Translations under genes and position numbers: made by a program
Shown here: positions 12,141-25,347 of the stretch, in pieces
How positions within the stretch are numbered: the first letter of the stretch is position 1
Layout: the number at the start of each line of letters is the position of its first letter
Notes under the pieces: generated by a model
What the model was told of the DNA's origin: nothing
What the model saw: the letters and a program-made list of their open reading frames with translations, nothing else
Databases searched by the model: none
Source: Azolla caroliniana
Taxonomy: Eukaryota > Plantae > Polypodiophyta
Direction of reading: 5' to 3'
NCBI GenBank assembly: GCA_043228905.1
Contig: JBHGNT010000013.1
Coordinates: 7,316,001-7,380,000 of the forward strand
Length of the DNA stretch: 64,000 bases

Positions 12141-15100
12141 GTAATGTATATAATCATCCTCGCTTAATGGTGATTACATATGTAACTCTAAACTTTTTAT
12201 GCAGGGATTTGAAGCCCAACAACCTCTTGCTTGCTTCTGATGGACAGCTTAAGCTTGGAGATTTTGGTTTGGCACGAATTTTTGGTAGTCCTGATCGGCA
12301 ATTTACTCATCAAGTATGCGTTTATCCACTCAAGTTCTGTCTTCATAGGCAAGATGTTTTGGTCATTATAATGATATTTGATATGAATATTATGCTTAAG
12401 ATTGGGAAAATGCAATCAGGTTTTTGCGCGGTGGTATAGAGCCCCAGAACTACTCTTTGGAAGTAAACACTATGGGGCTGGTGTTGATGTCTGGGCAGCT
12501 GCATGCATTTTTGCTGAGCTTATGCTTCGTCGTCCATTTTTACAGGTTCAGTTGGAACCTTATATTTCAAATTTTGTTTTTGCTAGATTGGCCCCACAAC
12601 ATCACAATGTTGAACTGCTCAGGGTTCTAGCGATATTGATCAACTGGGAAAGATTTTTGCTGCTCTTGGAACTCCAAAGGAGTCACAATGGCCTGATATG
12701 ACATCTCTACCAGATTATGTGGAGTTTCAGTTTTGTCCAGCGCCACCTATAAAATCACTCTTCCCCATGGCAACAGATGATGCACTTGATCTTCTGTCCA
12801 GGATGTTGGCCTTTGATCCAAGGGCACGAATTACAGCGCAGCAGACTTTGGAGCACAGGTATTGTTTTACATGCATGGCATATTCTGTTTACAAGATTAT
12901 AGATTCAACACTGGTATTCTGATATGCTTGAGTAACAATATTCTCCATTTTTCTGATGTGATCATATCCTCTAGGTACTTTCATACTGAACCTGCACCAA
13001 CAAGACCAGAATTATTATCGAGGCCTCCTCCTAGGCCCGAGAACCCACCTAATCACCAAGAAGCTCCCTCACCTGCTGGTCCTATCGTTCTTTCTCCACC
13101 AAACAAGTCAAGGCGTGTAACGCTCCTTCCAGGCATTATTAGTGCTGATGTTCATTCAGGGAAGATGGAAAAAAGTTTTATGAGCATGGGAGAAACTCCA
13201 AACGAACAATTTGGGATACCTATGTCTACTGATACACAGAAAGAAATGGGAATGCTTCCAAGGCCAAAGCTTAGCAGGTACACTCTACTGAACTAGGATA
13301 GCTGCAAATTACATCAGGGATCCATTAATATTGTCTCATTTTGATAAAGCCCATGTAGCCTAGCTAGCTAGCTAGCTATCTTTCACTTTCTCGCATGTTT
13401 GGGGAAAATAGTACTTACATTATGTTAACAAAAAATATCAGAATTGTAAGGTGGCCTAATTTTGAATCTCTTTCTCTGCAATCCAGCTGGATCCTGGAAT
13501 AGGAAAAAGAGATTACATACAAAGGCTGACTCTTGGCTCACGGGATTCAAATTTAGCAATACTAATAATGACTATTAACCCTGAAACACGAGGAAGAGAA
13601 AGAACTATGTACAAATTGTTTGTTGCTTGTAGAGTGGTGCTAATTCACCAACTTTATGGAGCAGTATTTTGTAGGGGCAATTGACTGGAACTAGCATAGA
13701 AATGTGGGATGTACATGTACACTTATGCACGTATACACACAGGTACATGTTTATGCTATTAAAATCTTACCAATAGTGACGGCAGGGAATTGTGTAACAT
13801 GAAAACACCTCAATAGCAACAGACTGTTAGTATAGTGTACTGTTTAGTGGGAGTAGGCACCAGTGTGGAACTAAAGGAAGGATGAGTGAAGTGTGATCTG
13901 GCTGCTAGAAAAGCCAGAAAGAAAGACTAAGAAAAGCAAAGCGGTACAGGAGACCCAAAATATTATAACCATAATGTTATCCGGTATCTCATCCATGCAA
14001 AAAGAAAAGCTCATGAGGCTGGATTTATATGTAAAACTGAAAAATAAAATGTAATCTAGGATCTAAATGAAAGGGCTACCCTAGTACTCAGCAAGAGTAT
14101 CAAAGGATCCCTGTGATAGAATTTGTAAGCAGATACCATGCAAAAAGAAAAGCTCATGAGGCTGGATTTATATGTAAAACTGAAAAGTAAACTGTAATCT
14201 AGGGTCTAAATGAAAGAGCTATCCTAGTACTCAGCAAGAGTATCAAAGGATCCCTGTGCCCGAATTTGTAAGCAACAACAGGATTCACAGGCCTCTGTAA
14301 CCTGGTAAATATCTCCAAGAAATAGCAGAATTAGGGATAGAAGTTAATAACTGATAACAAAATAGAGTGATAAGCTTCGAGCATGAAACTTTATTAGGTT
14401 TGGGTATAGATTCAAGGTGAGAGAAAGGACTATGTCTGATTTGTGTGTTAAAAAGCGAAAATACAAAATGATAGAGTAGGGACTCAGTAGAGCTGTAGGT
14501 AAACTTTGTACCATGTGAATTACATTTACATCTTCACTAGCTAGGTATGTTTGTTTGGTTTGCTGAAATTTGAGAATATTTTCTTCTCAAAAAGAGAAAT
14601 CGTTTTAAGTTGCAGAAAAACGTCTTCTGCATTTATACTAGGGGTAGACGTTTCAGCCCCCTTGAAATATTATTTTTTTATTAAGTATTATCTCCTTCAA
14701 AACGTAAGGATGCATATGAACCTATTAAAAAAAGTAACATGTGGCAGATGTGTTATTTAAATGATCATTTAAATGAAAAGCAACCATTAACTTTCAGCAA
14801 CCATATTCGTGTTACTAAAATTCATTGCCAAAGACATTTGTAATGTCTCCGTTTTCAAATGCCAATTGGTGTTTGAGAAAGATTTTTAACGTAGATCGTT
14901 GTGGTGGATATATTTTTTCTAGTTATTGTCAGGAGTGTAGAGCAAGGATTGAGGTACTGTGTGTTAATCTGGGCAATTCATTGCCAAAGACATTTGTAAT
15001 GTCCCTTTTCAAATGCCAATTGGTGTTTGAGAAAGATTTTTAACGTAGATCGTTGTGGTGGATATATATTTTCTAGTTATGCTCAGGAGTGTAGAGCAAG

Positions 15101-15543
15101 GATTGAGATACTGTGTTAATCTGGGAATGACATTGTAATGTCATTCCCAGATTAAGATTAGAGCAAGGATTGATATACTGTGTGTTAATCTGGGAATGCC
15201 ATTGTAATGTCTCCCTTTTCACATGCCACTTGGGGTTTAAGAAAGATGTTTTAGGTAGATCTTTGTGGTTGATATATTTTTTCTAGTTATGCTCATGAGT
15301 GTCGAGCTCCTCGGCACACATTGCATCAAGGATTCAGATACTACTTGTTAATCTGGGAATGACGAACAGTAGACACATTTGCAAGGGTGTGTTTGTAAAT
15401 GTCTAGTTTATTCATCTTTTCATATCTGTTTTCGATTAATATAGATGTCTATTTTTTATTTTGGATTTTTCAGTACTGACAGGTCACACTTGAAGAGGAA
15501 GCTGGACATGGACTCTGCTTTCATGCAACCATTTCCTCCCTGA
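11842..15543 (+). CDS. CDKD: Cyclin-dependent kinase D (CDK-activating kinase, CDK7-like); first coding exon not in window
   Basis: Exons 11842-12140, 12205-12313, 12420-12545, 12623-12858, 12975-13277 and 15474-15543. All introns are GT-AG and phases are consistent (380 aa + stop). Motifs [46 protein letters not shown] and the CDKD C-terminal [10 protein letters not shown]. Confidence 0.93.
12205..12313 (+). CDS. CDKD: CDKD exon (DLKPNN...FTHQ)
   Basis: atgcag acceptor and CAA/gtatgc donor. Confidence 0.92.
12420..12545 (+). CDS. CDKD: CDKD exon ([10 protein letters not shown]...PFLQ)
   Basis: aatcag acceptor and CAG/gttcag donor. Confidence 0.92.
12623..12858 (+). CDS. CDKD: CDKD exon ([10 protein letters not shown]...LEHR)
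   Basis: gctcag acceptor and AG/gtattg donor. Confidence 0.92.
12975..13277 (+). CDS. CDKD: CDKD exon (YFHTEPAPT...PKLS)
   Basis: ctctag acceptor and AG/gtacac donor. Confidence 0.88.
13993..14273. repeat. Intronic tandem duplication (~143 bp x2)
   Basis: ccatgcaaaaagaaaagctcatgaggctgg...gaatttgtaagca occurs at ~13993 and ~14136. Confidence 0.85.
14821..15363. repeat. Intronic tandem repeat (~156 bp, about 3 diverged copies)
   Basis: ttcattgccaaagacatttgtaatgtc at 14821 and 14977, with a diverged third copy from ~15198. Confidence 0.8.
15474..15543 (+). CDS. CDKD: CDKD last exon ([22 protein letters not shown])
   Basis: ttttcag acceptor, in phase with the previous exon, and the conserved [10 protein letters not shown] motif of plant CDKD. 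Confidence 0.85.
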
Positions 15544-17614
15544 CTTCATCATCAGATGGCCCTGTCAAAAGGAAATCTTAATCACACTAATTTTGTGTGG
15601 ATGGAAGATCAACGCAGCCGTGTTTGATGTCATCTAACTTCCAAGTTCTATCAACAAGCATGCAAATATGTTATATGATAGAGAACGAAAATTCTTAAGA
15701 CTATTTAAAGGAGAAGAAATATCAAGGGCTGTGGTCGGTTTGAAAATTCTTCATGTTAGAGCATTTTGCAGATCGATACATGTTCCAAGAGTTTGTCAAT
15801 AATGTCTTTATTGACAATTTTTTATCTCTATCTTTATTGCAATTTCAGTGAGATCTAATTTTTCAGTTTGTTGTTTGTTTAGACTGCATATCTACAAGTT
15901 AAAAGAAATGATTGACCATATATCAGATATAATAGTCCAATCAGATCTTTACCTCGGGCCATTCTGCTATAAAATAATAATTTTTACTAAAGCAAAGCAA
16001 CCTTTTGCATTATCTGATCATTTTGTGTGCATGAAAATCTCTTCAATGTCAATTAGATGCATATTCAATATTCTAAACCTTACTATAAAATATGAACAAT
16101 AATTTTTAAAATTCTTTATTGAGCCAAGTTCAAAGAGTGGATGTAAGGCTGAACATAAACGAACTGTCCAAGGTAGGGGTTGATGAAGATGTGAACCATA
16201 TGATAATTGGACCATTTAATGTCTCTTTATAAGCAATTCAAATGACATTGATTGTTTGCATACTACAAAACATATATGCTTCCACCACTTCAGTTGCATA
16301 TGTTGTTTAATGTAATTTATTTGTTTTCGCTACAACTTTGTTCATAAAGCTTACACTCCCAAGGAATGAGGTAAAATTTGATCACCATTTTGATATAATT
16401 ATTTTTCATCGCTTCAAAGTTTGCTACTAAGGTTATTACTTAGCTAATTAACCACTAGCTAAGCAATTGGAATCAGCAATACATTTGTCATTATAACAAA
16501 TTAGTCAACTTGTCCTTCTATCTACCCTTGAAGGAGATTTGTGGAGCAATTCCTAGTGCACAGTTTTGTAGTGCAACAAATTGTAGCAAAACATATGAGG
16601 TAGATATGTATATTTCCACTAGAGGTGTATCATAACTCTTATATTCAATTGTTAGGCCACGTGGGTTGTACACTCAATGTACCCTTGGCTCAATTACTTG
16701 TTTCATTCATAACTTTTGTACAAACTATAGTTGCTCGTTTAGCCATTGCACTTTTCTTTCTTGTTCATTGTGTCGCTCTTAAACTGGTAGCTAAAAGTCA
16801 ATTGATATATTTCAAACCTTTAATGAGCACAATGTCATTTAATATATGTAGATCTTGAATGTCATTACATGCAACATATTGGAGCCCTAGAAGATCTAAA
16901 GTTCATTGTGAAAACTTGGAATCTCAATCTCTAGCTGGATTCTATGCTTGGGATCCATTGGCTTGCTCGTCTTTAGTTTGGGCATTGGAAAATCCAATTT
17001 TCTCCTTATTTCTTTGACAAATGTGTTAACCTTACATTCTCTTGCAATGACCAATGTTGCTTTATCTAGCTCAAACATCAAGCTTCCAATATCTCTTAAG
17101 CATCATCAACATTTTTCTTTATAGTTTTAAACAAAGTCACATTGACTTTGTATGTTAAGAGTCGGCAGTTCCATCATCATGTCATGCTGAAAATTTTTCC
17201 TATTTTTTGTTGTGAAATTATTGCTAAGAATTAAGTGATTAACTATGTGTTAATTAGTACCTATTTATGTGATTAGTTGATAAGTGGAAGATTAAGTGAT
17301 ATGTGTTTGAGAGGAAGAGAGATGTTGAGTGAGCAAGCTCAGCTGGATCCGGATTGGTGTTTGGATGATATCCAGAACTAGTAGCCGGGATCCGATTGAA
17401 ACCGGTAGGTTGTTAAAGGTGTACGGATCCAACCTAGTACGTGGGCATATTTTTGGGAGTCGCTCGTATGAGCATTGAAGTACCTGTGAGTACTTATGTC
17501 AGTCCTTTATGGAGTTGTATAAAAGTGCTCTCTGAGCACATTCTATGTTCTGTTGTCTCTTTGTCTCTCTCGTGTATGCTAAGTACTCTCAAGCTTCCAT
17601 TGAACGTGTGTTTA

Positions 17615-17904
17615 TGTTAGGAAATGGAGTCTGTGGTGATTGCAATGCAATGGAAGGTGAACGTAGGTGTGTGTATGTGTAACAGCAGAGAGAGAGAGAT
17701 GGAGAGCTCAAGAGACAGAGATAGACAAAAGTGTATATAATATTAACGAAACGAAACATCCAACATTAATTGAGTTACAACGAGTTGGTTTATATACCAA
17801 CTAAGCTAGGGCAAGTGCCCTTTCTACTATTTACAAAACTAGCCTGGAATGTCCATGAGCTAGTTTGAAACCTATCTATGGGAAGTTGAGTTCGATTCTC
17901 AACA
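17615..17904 (-). repeat. 3' LTR of copia D
   Basis: Matches 27719-28013, with the PPT adjacent. Confidence 0.92.
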
Positions 17905-18008
17905 CGCCCCTTCGAACACAACTTCCATCTGTTGGAAAGTCGTTCGGTTTGTACTTCGACTTGTCTAGTTGGCTGTGTTGCGTATTGCGTAGCCTATCCG
18001 TGCTGCGT

Positions 18009-19927
18009 CTACGTACTCCCCCTCAAGCTCGGCAATGTGGACGACGTGAGACCAAGATCCGATGCAAATTGCCCGAGCTTGTCGATGTGTAAGGCATTTG
18101 TAAAGATATCAGCGACTTGTAGGTGTGTGCTGATGTGTTGGAGGTCAATTTCTCCAGCTTGAACGCGCTCGCGAATGAAGTGGTAGTGCACTTCGATGTG
18201 TTTAGTCCGCGCGTGAAATACGGGGTTACGCACGAGGTAGATACTACTAATGTTGTCGCAGTACAAGCCTATTGGATCTTTGATGGGTACGCCCAGATCT
18301 TTTAGTATAGGCTTAAGCCATACAACTTCGCATGCGGCGACTGCCGCGTCCCTGTATTCGGCTTCTGTGCTCGACAGTGCGAATGTCGGCTGTTTCTTTC
18401 TGCTCGAGGAGATCGCTCCACTGCCGAGGGAGAAGAAGAATCCGGATGTGGATCGTCTATCCGCTTTGTATCCTGCCCAGTCCGCATCTGTGTACCCTGC
18501 AAGTCGAATGGTCGTATTTGACTTATATACGATGCCATAATCCACTGGTGTGCCGACATACCGTAGTATCCTCTTAGCGCAAACGAGGTGAAGGTTTCTT
18601 GGATTCTGCACGAATTGGCTAAGTAGGCCGACCGAATAACTGAGGTCGGGTCGCATAATGGTTAGGTCGATTAGACTGCCAATCAGTTGACGATACTGAG
18701 TCGACTCGCTCGCAGCCGTGCCAGAGTTGGCATCGATCTTGAGATTACGTTCAAGAGGGGTAGGTCACAGGTTTGCACTCTGTCATTCCGAACTTGTAGA
18801 GTAAGTTGAGAATGTAGTGCCGTTGTGAGATCATGATCCCGACTGGTGTCCGAATTACTTCAATACCTAGAAAGTAATGAAGTTTGTGCAGGTCCTTCAT
18901 TTTGAATCTGCCGAAAAGAAGTGATTTAACTTCGTTAATCTCAGTGAGATTCTTTCCTCCGATAACTAAGTCATCCACGTATAGAATGATGACTAGCGGG
19001 CTATCCGACTCATTTCGGATGTACAAGATGTATCGGATTTTGACATCCGAAATCCAACTTGGTGAAGATACTGCGTGATCTTCGAGTGCCAAGCACACGG
19101 TGCTTGTTTGAGGCCGTAGAGTGGCTTCTTGAGTTGGCATACGACGTGCGGATGATTACACGATTCGAATCTGGGTGGCTGTGTCATATACACCACTTCT
19201 TCTAGCTCTCCTTGGAGAAAAGCATTTTTCACGTCCATCTGATGGAGGTGCCACCCTTTTGCTGCTGCTAGCGCGATTACGGTCCGTACTGTTGTCATCT
19301 TTGCCACTGGGGCAAAGGTTTCTTCGTAGTCTACACCGTGTGTTTGTGTGTAGCCTTTTGCAATGAGCCGTGCTTTGAAGCGATTTACGGAACCATCGGC
19401 ATTGTGCTTCACCTTGTAAATCCACTTGCAACCAATTGGTTTCTTGTTCGGGGGGTGAGGAATGAGATCCCATGTCTCGTTTTTGCATAACGCTTCCATC
19501 TCCTCATTCATTACATTGACCCATCGTGGATCCTTTGCGGCTTCGGAAAGCGTTTCCGGTTCTTGTACTGACGCTACCTTCATCATGAATGCGTAATGAT
19601 ACGCCATGTACTCGTCGTAGCCGTAGCGATTTACAGGGTTCTTCTCGCGCGTGGATCGGCGTGGCTTGTCATTTGCGGATTCTAGGGGTTTCTTCATGCC
19701 GTTCGCGTGGATATCAAGGCCATCAAACTCACTGTCGAGATCGAAATGATCTTCATACTCCTGCATTTTTGCCTTGCCTTTGTCTAGTAGTGGACTTGGC
19801 CAAGATGTGCTTTGATCACTTGGGTGCTCTTGTGGTCCGCTTAGCCATGTCGAAATTGGACTTTCTTCGTGCATATGCGTGAGACGATCTTCAGCTTCTA
19901 TTCTTATTTCGGTGTCATCCATGTTGA
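18009..19927 (-). pseudogene. copia D RT/RNase H (frameshifted)
   Basis: KWIYKVK, MDVKNAFL, LYVDDL, YTDADWAG and HARTKHIEVHYHFIRE. Confidence 0.9.
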
Positions 19928-20580
19928 TGTTGAAAAACCAGTGCTCGGCCACAACCGAGGAATAGGATTAACTCACAGAAAACAGGAAATACAAAATGCA
20001 CAAAGATAATAGAGAGAAGAGTACACAGGATGTTTTACGTGGAAAACCCTAAATGGGAAAAAAACCACGGGAGTCCTCAAACTCCAACTATCACTATAAA
20101 CAGAGATGTACAATGGTGAAGCTACAAGGCAACAACCTTGGGCTCACTGTCTTCGCCACAGGCGGCGGTAATACACAGAGGCAACGACCTCTTCGTATCT
20201 CTCTCTCTCTCTCTCTCGGCTGCTCTCACTTCGCATAAAATGAGCAACAAAAAACTGACTGTTTGCCCTAAGTCATATTTATACATATATGACTTTCGGG
20301 CTATTTACAAATATAGCCACAAGGGCCCTTGGCAAACATATTCACAAATATGTCCCCGCATCCGGATCTCTCTCTCCGGGTACATACGTCATCCGGCTCC
20401 GTAACCGGGGTCTTCAGCATCCGGCTCCGTAACCGGGTCTTCATCATCCGGCTCCGTAACCGGGTACTCTTCATCCGGCCTCATGCCGGGTACTCTTCAT
20501 CATACGGTTCCGTAACAGCCTCCGGGCTTGCCGTCATTCATCTCCGGACATCCCATCCGGAGGGACCGTAAATCCCAACA
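19928..20580 (-). repeat. 3' LTR of copia J (contains ~27-bp CCGG-rich subrepeats)
   Basis: Near-identical to 24695-25347. Confidence 0.95.
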
Positions 20581-20590
20581 AACTCCCCCT

Positions 20591-23500
20591 TCACTTCGGC
20601 ATGGGATGTCTCTCCAACCCGATCCTCTTCCGGCATGCTTCCAGCTTGTCGGGTGTGAGCACCTTGGTCAGCATATCCGACCCGTTCTCGTCCGTGTGGA
20701 TCTTCGTCAACACGAACTCCTTGTCTTCTATCCTTTCCCGGATCCAGTGGTATCTACGCTGGATGTGCTTCGTCCGGGAGTGATAGGCCGCGTTCTTCGC
20801 AAGGTGGATGGCACTATGACTGTCGCAGTAGAGTCAGTACTCCACCTGCCGGATACCGAGCTCTCTAATGAAGTCCTTCATCCATATTATTTCCTTGCCG
20901 GCTTCAACAGCCGCCATGTACTCCGCCTCCGTGGTTGACAGTGCAACCGTCTTCTGCAGCCTCGACTGCCATGAAACAGCTCCTCCTGCATACGTCATCA
21001 CATAACCTGATGTGGACCGGCTGGTATCTGCATCAGCCGACATATCCGAATCGGTAAAGCCGTCGAGTTCGGGCTTTCCGGAGCTGAATCGGAGGCACAC
21101 GTTTGCCGTGCCCTTCAGATATCGGAGTATCCACTTGGCCGCGTTCCAATGCTCTTTGCCGGGATTGCTCATGTACCGGCTCACTACTCCGATTGCATAT
21201 CCGATGTCCGGTCTCGTACACACCATGGCGTACATCAAGCTCCCGACGGCTGAGGCATACGGCACTTTCATCATATCCTCCTTTTCAGCCTTTGTCTTGG
21301 GACTTTGCTTGCTGGACAGCTTGCAGTTTGTCGGGAGGGTCGATCCGACCGGTCTTGCTTCCGACATGTTGAACCGTTTAAGCACCTTTGTCACGTACTT
21401 CTCTTGTGACAGCCACAACTGCTTCTTGCTCCGGTCCCGGATGATGTGCATCCCTAGTATTTGTCTCGCCGGACCCAGGTCCTTCATTGAGAAGGTTCGG
21501 TGAAGAGCCTTCTTCAGCATCCGGATCTTGACCTGGTCCCGTCCGACGATCAACATGTCGTCCACGTACAGGAGGAGTATTAGAAAGTCTCCTCCTTCGA
21601 ACTTCTTCACAAACACGCAGTGGTCGGACTGCGTTTTGAGGTACCCTTCGTCGGTCATGAAGGAGTCGAACTTCCGGTACCATTGCCGGGGAGCCTGCTT
21701 CAGTCCGTAAAGACTCTTCTTCAACCGGCATACCAGGTGCTCCTTCCCTTTCTTCTCGAATCCTTCCGGTTGCTGCATGTAGATCTCTTCATCGAGGTCG
21801 CCGTGAAGGAATGCCGTCTTCACGTCCATCTGTTCTACCTCGAGGTCCATGCTCGCCGCTATGCTCAGCACCGTCCGGATGGAGGTCATCTTCACTACCG
21901 GGGCAAATATCTCGTCGAAGTCGACGCCCTTCTTCTGCTGAAACCCCTTCACCACGATCCTGGCTTTGTATCTCGGGGGGTTTCCGGCATCTCCCGGTTT
22001 CAGCTTGAACACCCACTTGTTTCGAAGTGCCCGCTTTCCTTTCGGCAACTCCACAAGTTCATATGTGTGGTTCTCATGCAGGGAATCCATCTCGTCCTGC
22101 ATGGCACTCAACCACCTGCGGCTCTGGGTGTCGTGCTTTGCTTCTTCAAAGCTCTCCGGCTCCCCCTCGTCGGTTAGCAGCACGTGCTCTGGTTCCGGAA
22201 ATCTCCGGGGGCCCCTTCTCTCTCTTAGAGGATATCTCCGTTCCGGAGCTTCGGTAACCGGCTCCTCCGTTTCCTCTTCATCCGAATCCATTTCGGGATC
22301 GGGGCCGGTTCCGGTATCAGTTTCATCTTCCTCGGCCGGTTCTGTTTCTTCAGCGTCTTCGGCCGGATCCTCGAGTGCTAACCGGTCCCTTGCCAGTCGG
22401 GACTGCTCCTCGTAGAGTTGATTCTCACCGGTCGACTTGGAGCTCTTCATCTTCTTCTCCGACTCCCAGTCGGCGAGTGTCTTGTCCTCCATGAAGATGA
22501 TATCTCGACTCCTGAATATCTTCTTGTCGACCGGGTCCCATACTCGGTAGCCGAACTCGTCGTTGCCGTAACCGAGGAATATGCATGGCCGGGTCTTTGG
22601 ATCTAACTTTCCTCTCCGGTCCTTTGCCACATGCATGTATGCGAGACACCCGAACACCTTCAGATGCCGGTAGGATACTTCCCTACCGGTCCACACTCTC
22701 TGCGGCGTGTCTCCGTCCAAAGGTACTGAGGGTGATCTGTTTATCACGTATGTCGCCGTCGACATTGCCTCAGCCCAAAACCCCTTGGGTAATTTCGCAT
22801 GCGCCAGCATACTCCGGACCCGCTCCATTATGGTCCGGTTCATCCTCTCGGCCAGCCCGTTTAGTTCCGGCGTCTTCGGCACAGTAAACTCGAGCCGGAT
22901 TCCCTTCGAGCGACAGTACTCCTGGAACTGCTCCCGGTATTCCCCTCCGTTATCCGCTCGTATCGCTTTCAACTTCTTGCCGGATTCCCTTTCCACTCTC
23001 GCGTGGAGTTCTTTGAAGACGCACAACACTTGGTCCTTTGTCTTCAGCGGTGCCGTCCACAGCTTCCGGCTGTGATCATCAATGAATGTTACGAAGTACT
23101 GGTCTCCGCCATGTGACTTCGTTTCTACTTGACACACGTCAGTGTGCACCAGCTCCAATGGTGCGCTACGTCTCGTCGGTGGCCTTGAGTGGAAGGGGGT
23201 CCGGTTTTGCTTACCGGCCAGGCAGTCGGTGCACTTCTCCAGGTGCACATGCTTCACTGGAATAAGGTTGTCTTCTGCAAGCCTCTTCATCCCCTTCTCA
23301 CTCATGTGGCACAGTCTTTTGTGCCACAGCTCACCGGCAGTGTCGGCTGCCACGTTCAGCTCCTCCGGACATAGCCGGGAATTCATCAGGTACAGTGTGT
23401 TGACCTTCCGGGCCCGAGCCACTATCAGGCTCCCTTTGCTGAACTTCATGACACCGTTCCGGATGCTACCCGTGTAGCCTTCATCGTCTAGCCTCCCGGC

Positions 23501-24664
23501 CGAAATCAGGTTCAATCAGACCTCCGGAACGTGTCGTACATCCCTCAGCAGCAGCTTGCATCCGGTTGATGTCATCAGCCATACGTCTCCTATGCCGGCA
23601 ATCCGGCATGTATCTTCATTTCCCATCCGGACACAGCCATGCTCACCGGCTGTGTAGGATGAGAAGTATTTCTTCTCCGGGGTCAGGTGGAACGACGCTC
23701 CGGAATCGACCACCCAGGTCATCTCTTCACCGGCAAGGTTCAGCTCCCTCTCTTCGGTAATGAGCATTATCTCTTCTTCACTTGCCGCGAGTGCCGTCGT
23801 TCCTTTCCGGTCCTGCCCTCGCCGATCCGGACCTCTCCGGTCCGTGGCTCCCCGGTATGCACCGTTTCTCTCCGGTGACTTCTTCGAATCGGTGTCGTCG
23901 GCTCCGTTGTCCTTTCGGTAATGCCGACAATTTTTCCGGAAGTGCCCCGGCTTCCCACAGTGGAAGCACGTGGGCCTTCCTCTTGACTGCGACCGGGTCC
24001 CCGACTTCTCCCGTCTTTGCGGACTCCGGTTCCATTGTCTTCCCCGTTCCGATTCGGTAAGCAGCGCCTTCGAGTCGGAGGCCGGTTCTTTATCTCTCCG
24101 ACGCGCTTCTTCATTTAGAATACTTGTCTTTACCGTTTGTAGAGACAAGTTATCTTCGGTGCAGGAGGTGCTGAGAGTCACCACCAAGTTCTCCCAGCTT
24201 TCCGGCAATGTACACATCAGAATGATGGCTTGCATTGCATCCTCCAACGGGAACTTGATCGCCGCAAGCTGGTTCACGAATCCCATGAACGTGCTCACGT
24301 GTTCCACCATATTCTCGCCGTCCCGGTACTTGAGGTTCACTATCTTCCTCATCAGGGAGGTCCGGTTCAACGCATTCTTCCTCTCGTAGAGGCCCGACAG
24401 CTTCTTCCACATCTCATATGCGTTGGTGTCGTTCGCCACATGTTGTAGGACGCTTACATCGACATATTGCCGGATCGTCGCTACGGCTTTCCGGTTCAGG
24501 AGCTTCCACTCCGACTCTATTACCCCCTTGGGTATCTCGGCATTGTCGATCGGTTCATACAGGTCTCGGATGATGAGAAGGTCTTCCATCTTTATCTTCC
24601 AATCGGCGTAGTTCTGTGAGTTCAACACCATCATGCCCGGAGGCCCACTACCGCCGCCTTCCAT
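20591..24664 (-). pseudogene. copia J gag-pol polyprotein, single frame, two premature TGA stops
   Basis: ATG at 24664, CX2CX4HX4C knuckle, WVVDSGAS protease, integrase, RT YVDD and RNase H. Stops at 23516 and 20834, natural stop at 20591. Confidence 0.93.
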
Positions 24665-24694
24665 TTTCTGTGTTACCGTGCTCTGATACCACTT

Positions 24695-25347
24695 TGTTGA
24701 AAAACCAGTGCTCAGCCACAACCGAGGAATAGGATTAACTCACAGAAAACAGGAAATACAAAATGCACAAAGATAATAGAGAGAAGAGTACACAGGATGT
24801 TTTACGTGGAAAACCCTAAATGGGAAAAAAACCACGGGAGTCCTCAAACTCCAACTATCACTATAAACAGAGATGTACAATGGTGAAGCTACAAGGCAAC
24901 AACCTTGGGCTCACTGTCTTCGCCACAGGCGGCGGTAATACACAGAGGCAACGACCTCTTCGTATCTCTCTCTCTCTCTCTCTCGGCTGCTCTCACTTCG
25001 CATAAAATGAGCAAAAAAAATCTGACTGTTTGCCCTAAGTCATATTTATACATATATGACTTTCGGGCTATTTACAAATATAGCCACAAGGGCCCTTGGC
25101 AAACATATTCACAAATATGTCCCCGCATCCGGATCTCTCTCTCCGGGTACATACGTCATCCGGCTCCGTAACCGGGGTCTTCAGCATCCGGCTCCGTAAC
25201 CGGGTCTTCATCATCCGGCTCCGTAACCGGGTACTCTTCATCCGGCCTCATGCCGGGTACTCTTCATCATACGGTTCCGTAACAGCCTCCGGGCTTGCCG
25301 TCATTCATCTCCGGACATCCCATCCGGAGGGACCGTAAATCCCAACA
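24695..25347 (-). repeat. 5' LTR of copia J
   Basis: Adjacent to the PBS, TG..CA ends. Confidence 0.95.

Larger units (their letters stand above)
19928..25347 (-). mobile_element. Ty1/copia element J (Tnt1/Tork-like), very young, nested in D
   Basis: 653-bp LTRs 19928-20580 and 24695-25347 with ~3 differences seen. TSD GTTGA, PBS 24680-24691, PPT 20581-20590. Confidence 0.97.

Noticed and set aside
13993-15363. Intronic snoRNA cluster in the CDKD last intron
   Set aside because: I could not identify paired C/D or H/ACA boxes with an rRNA guide, so it is treated as simple tandem duplications.
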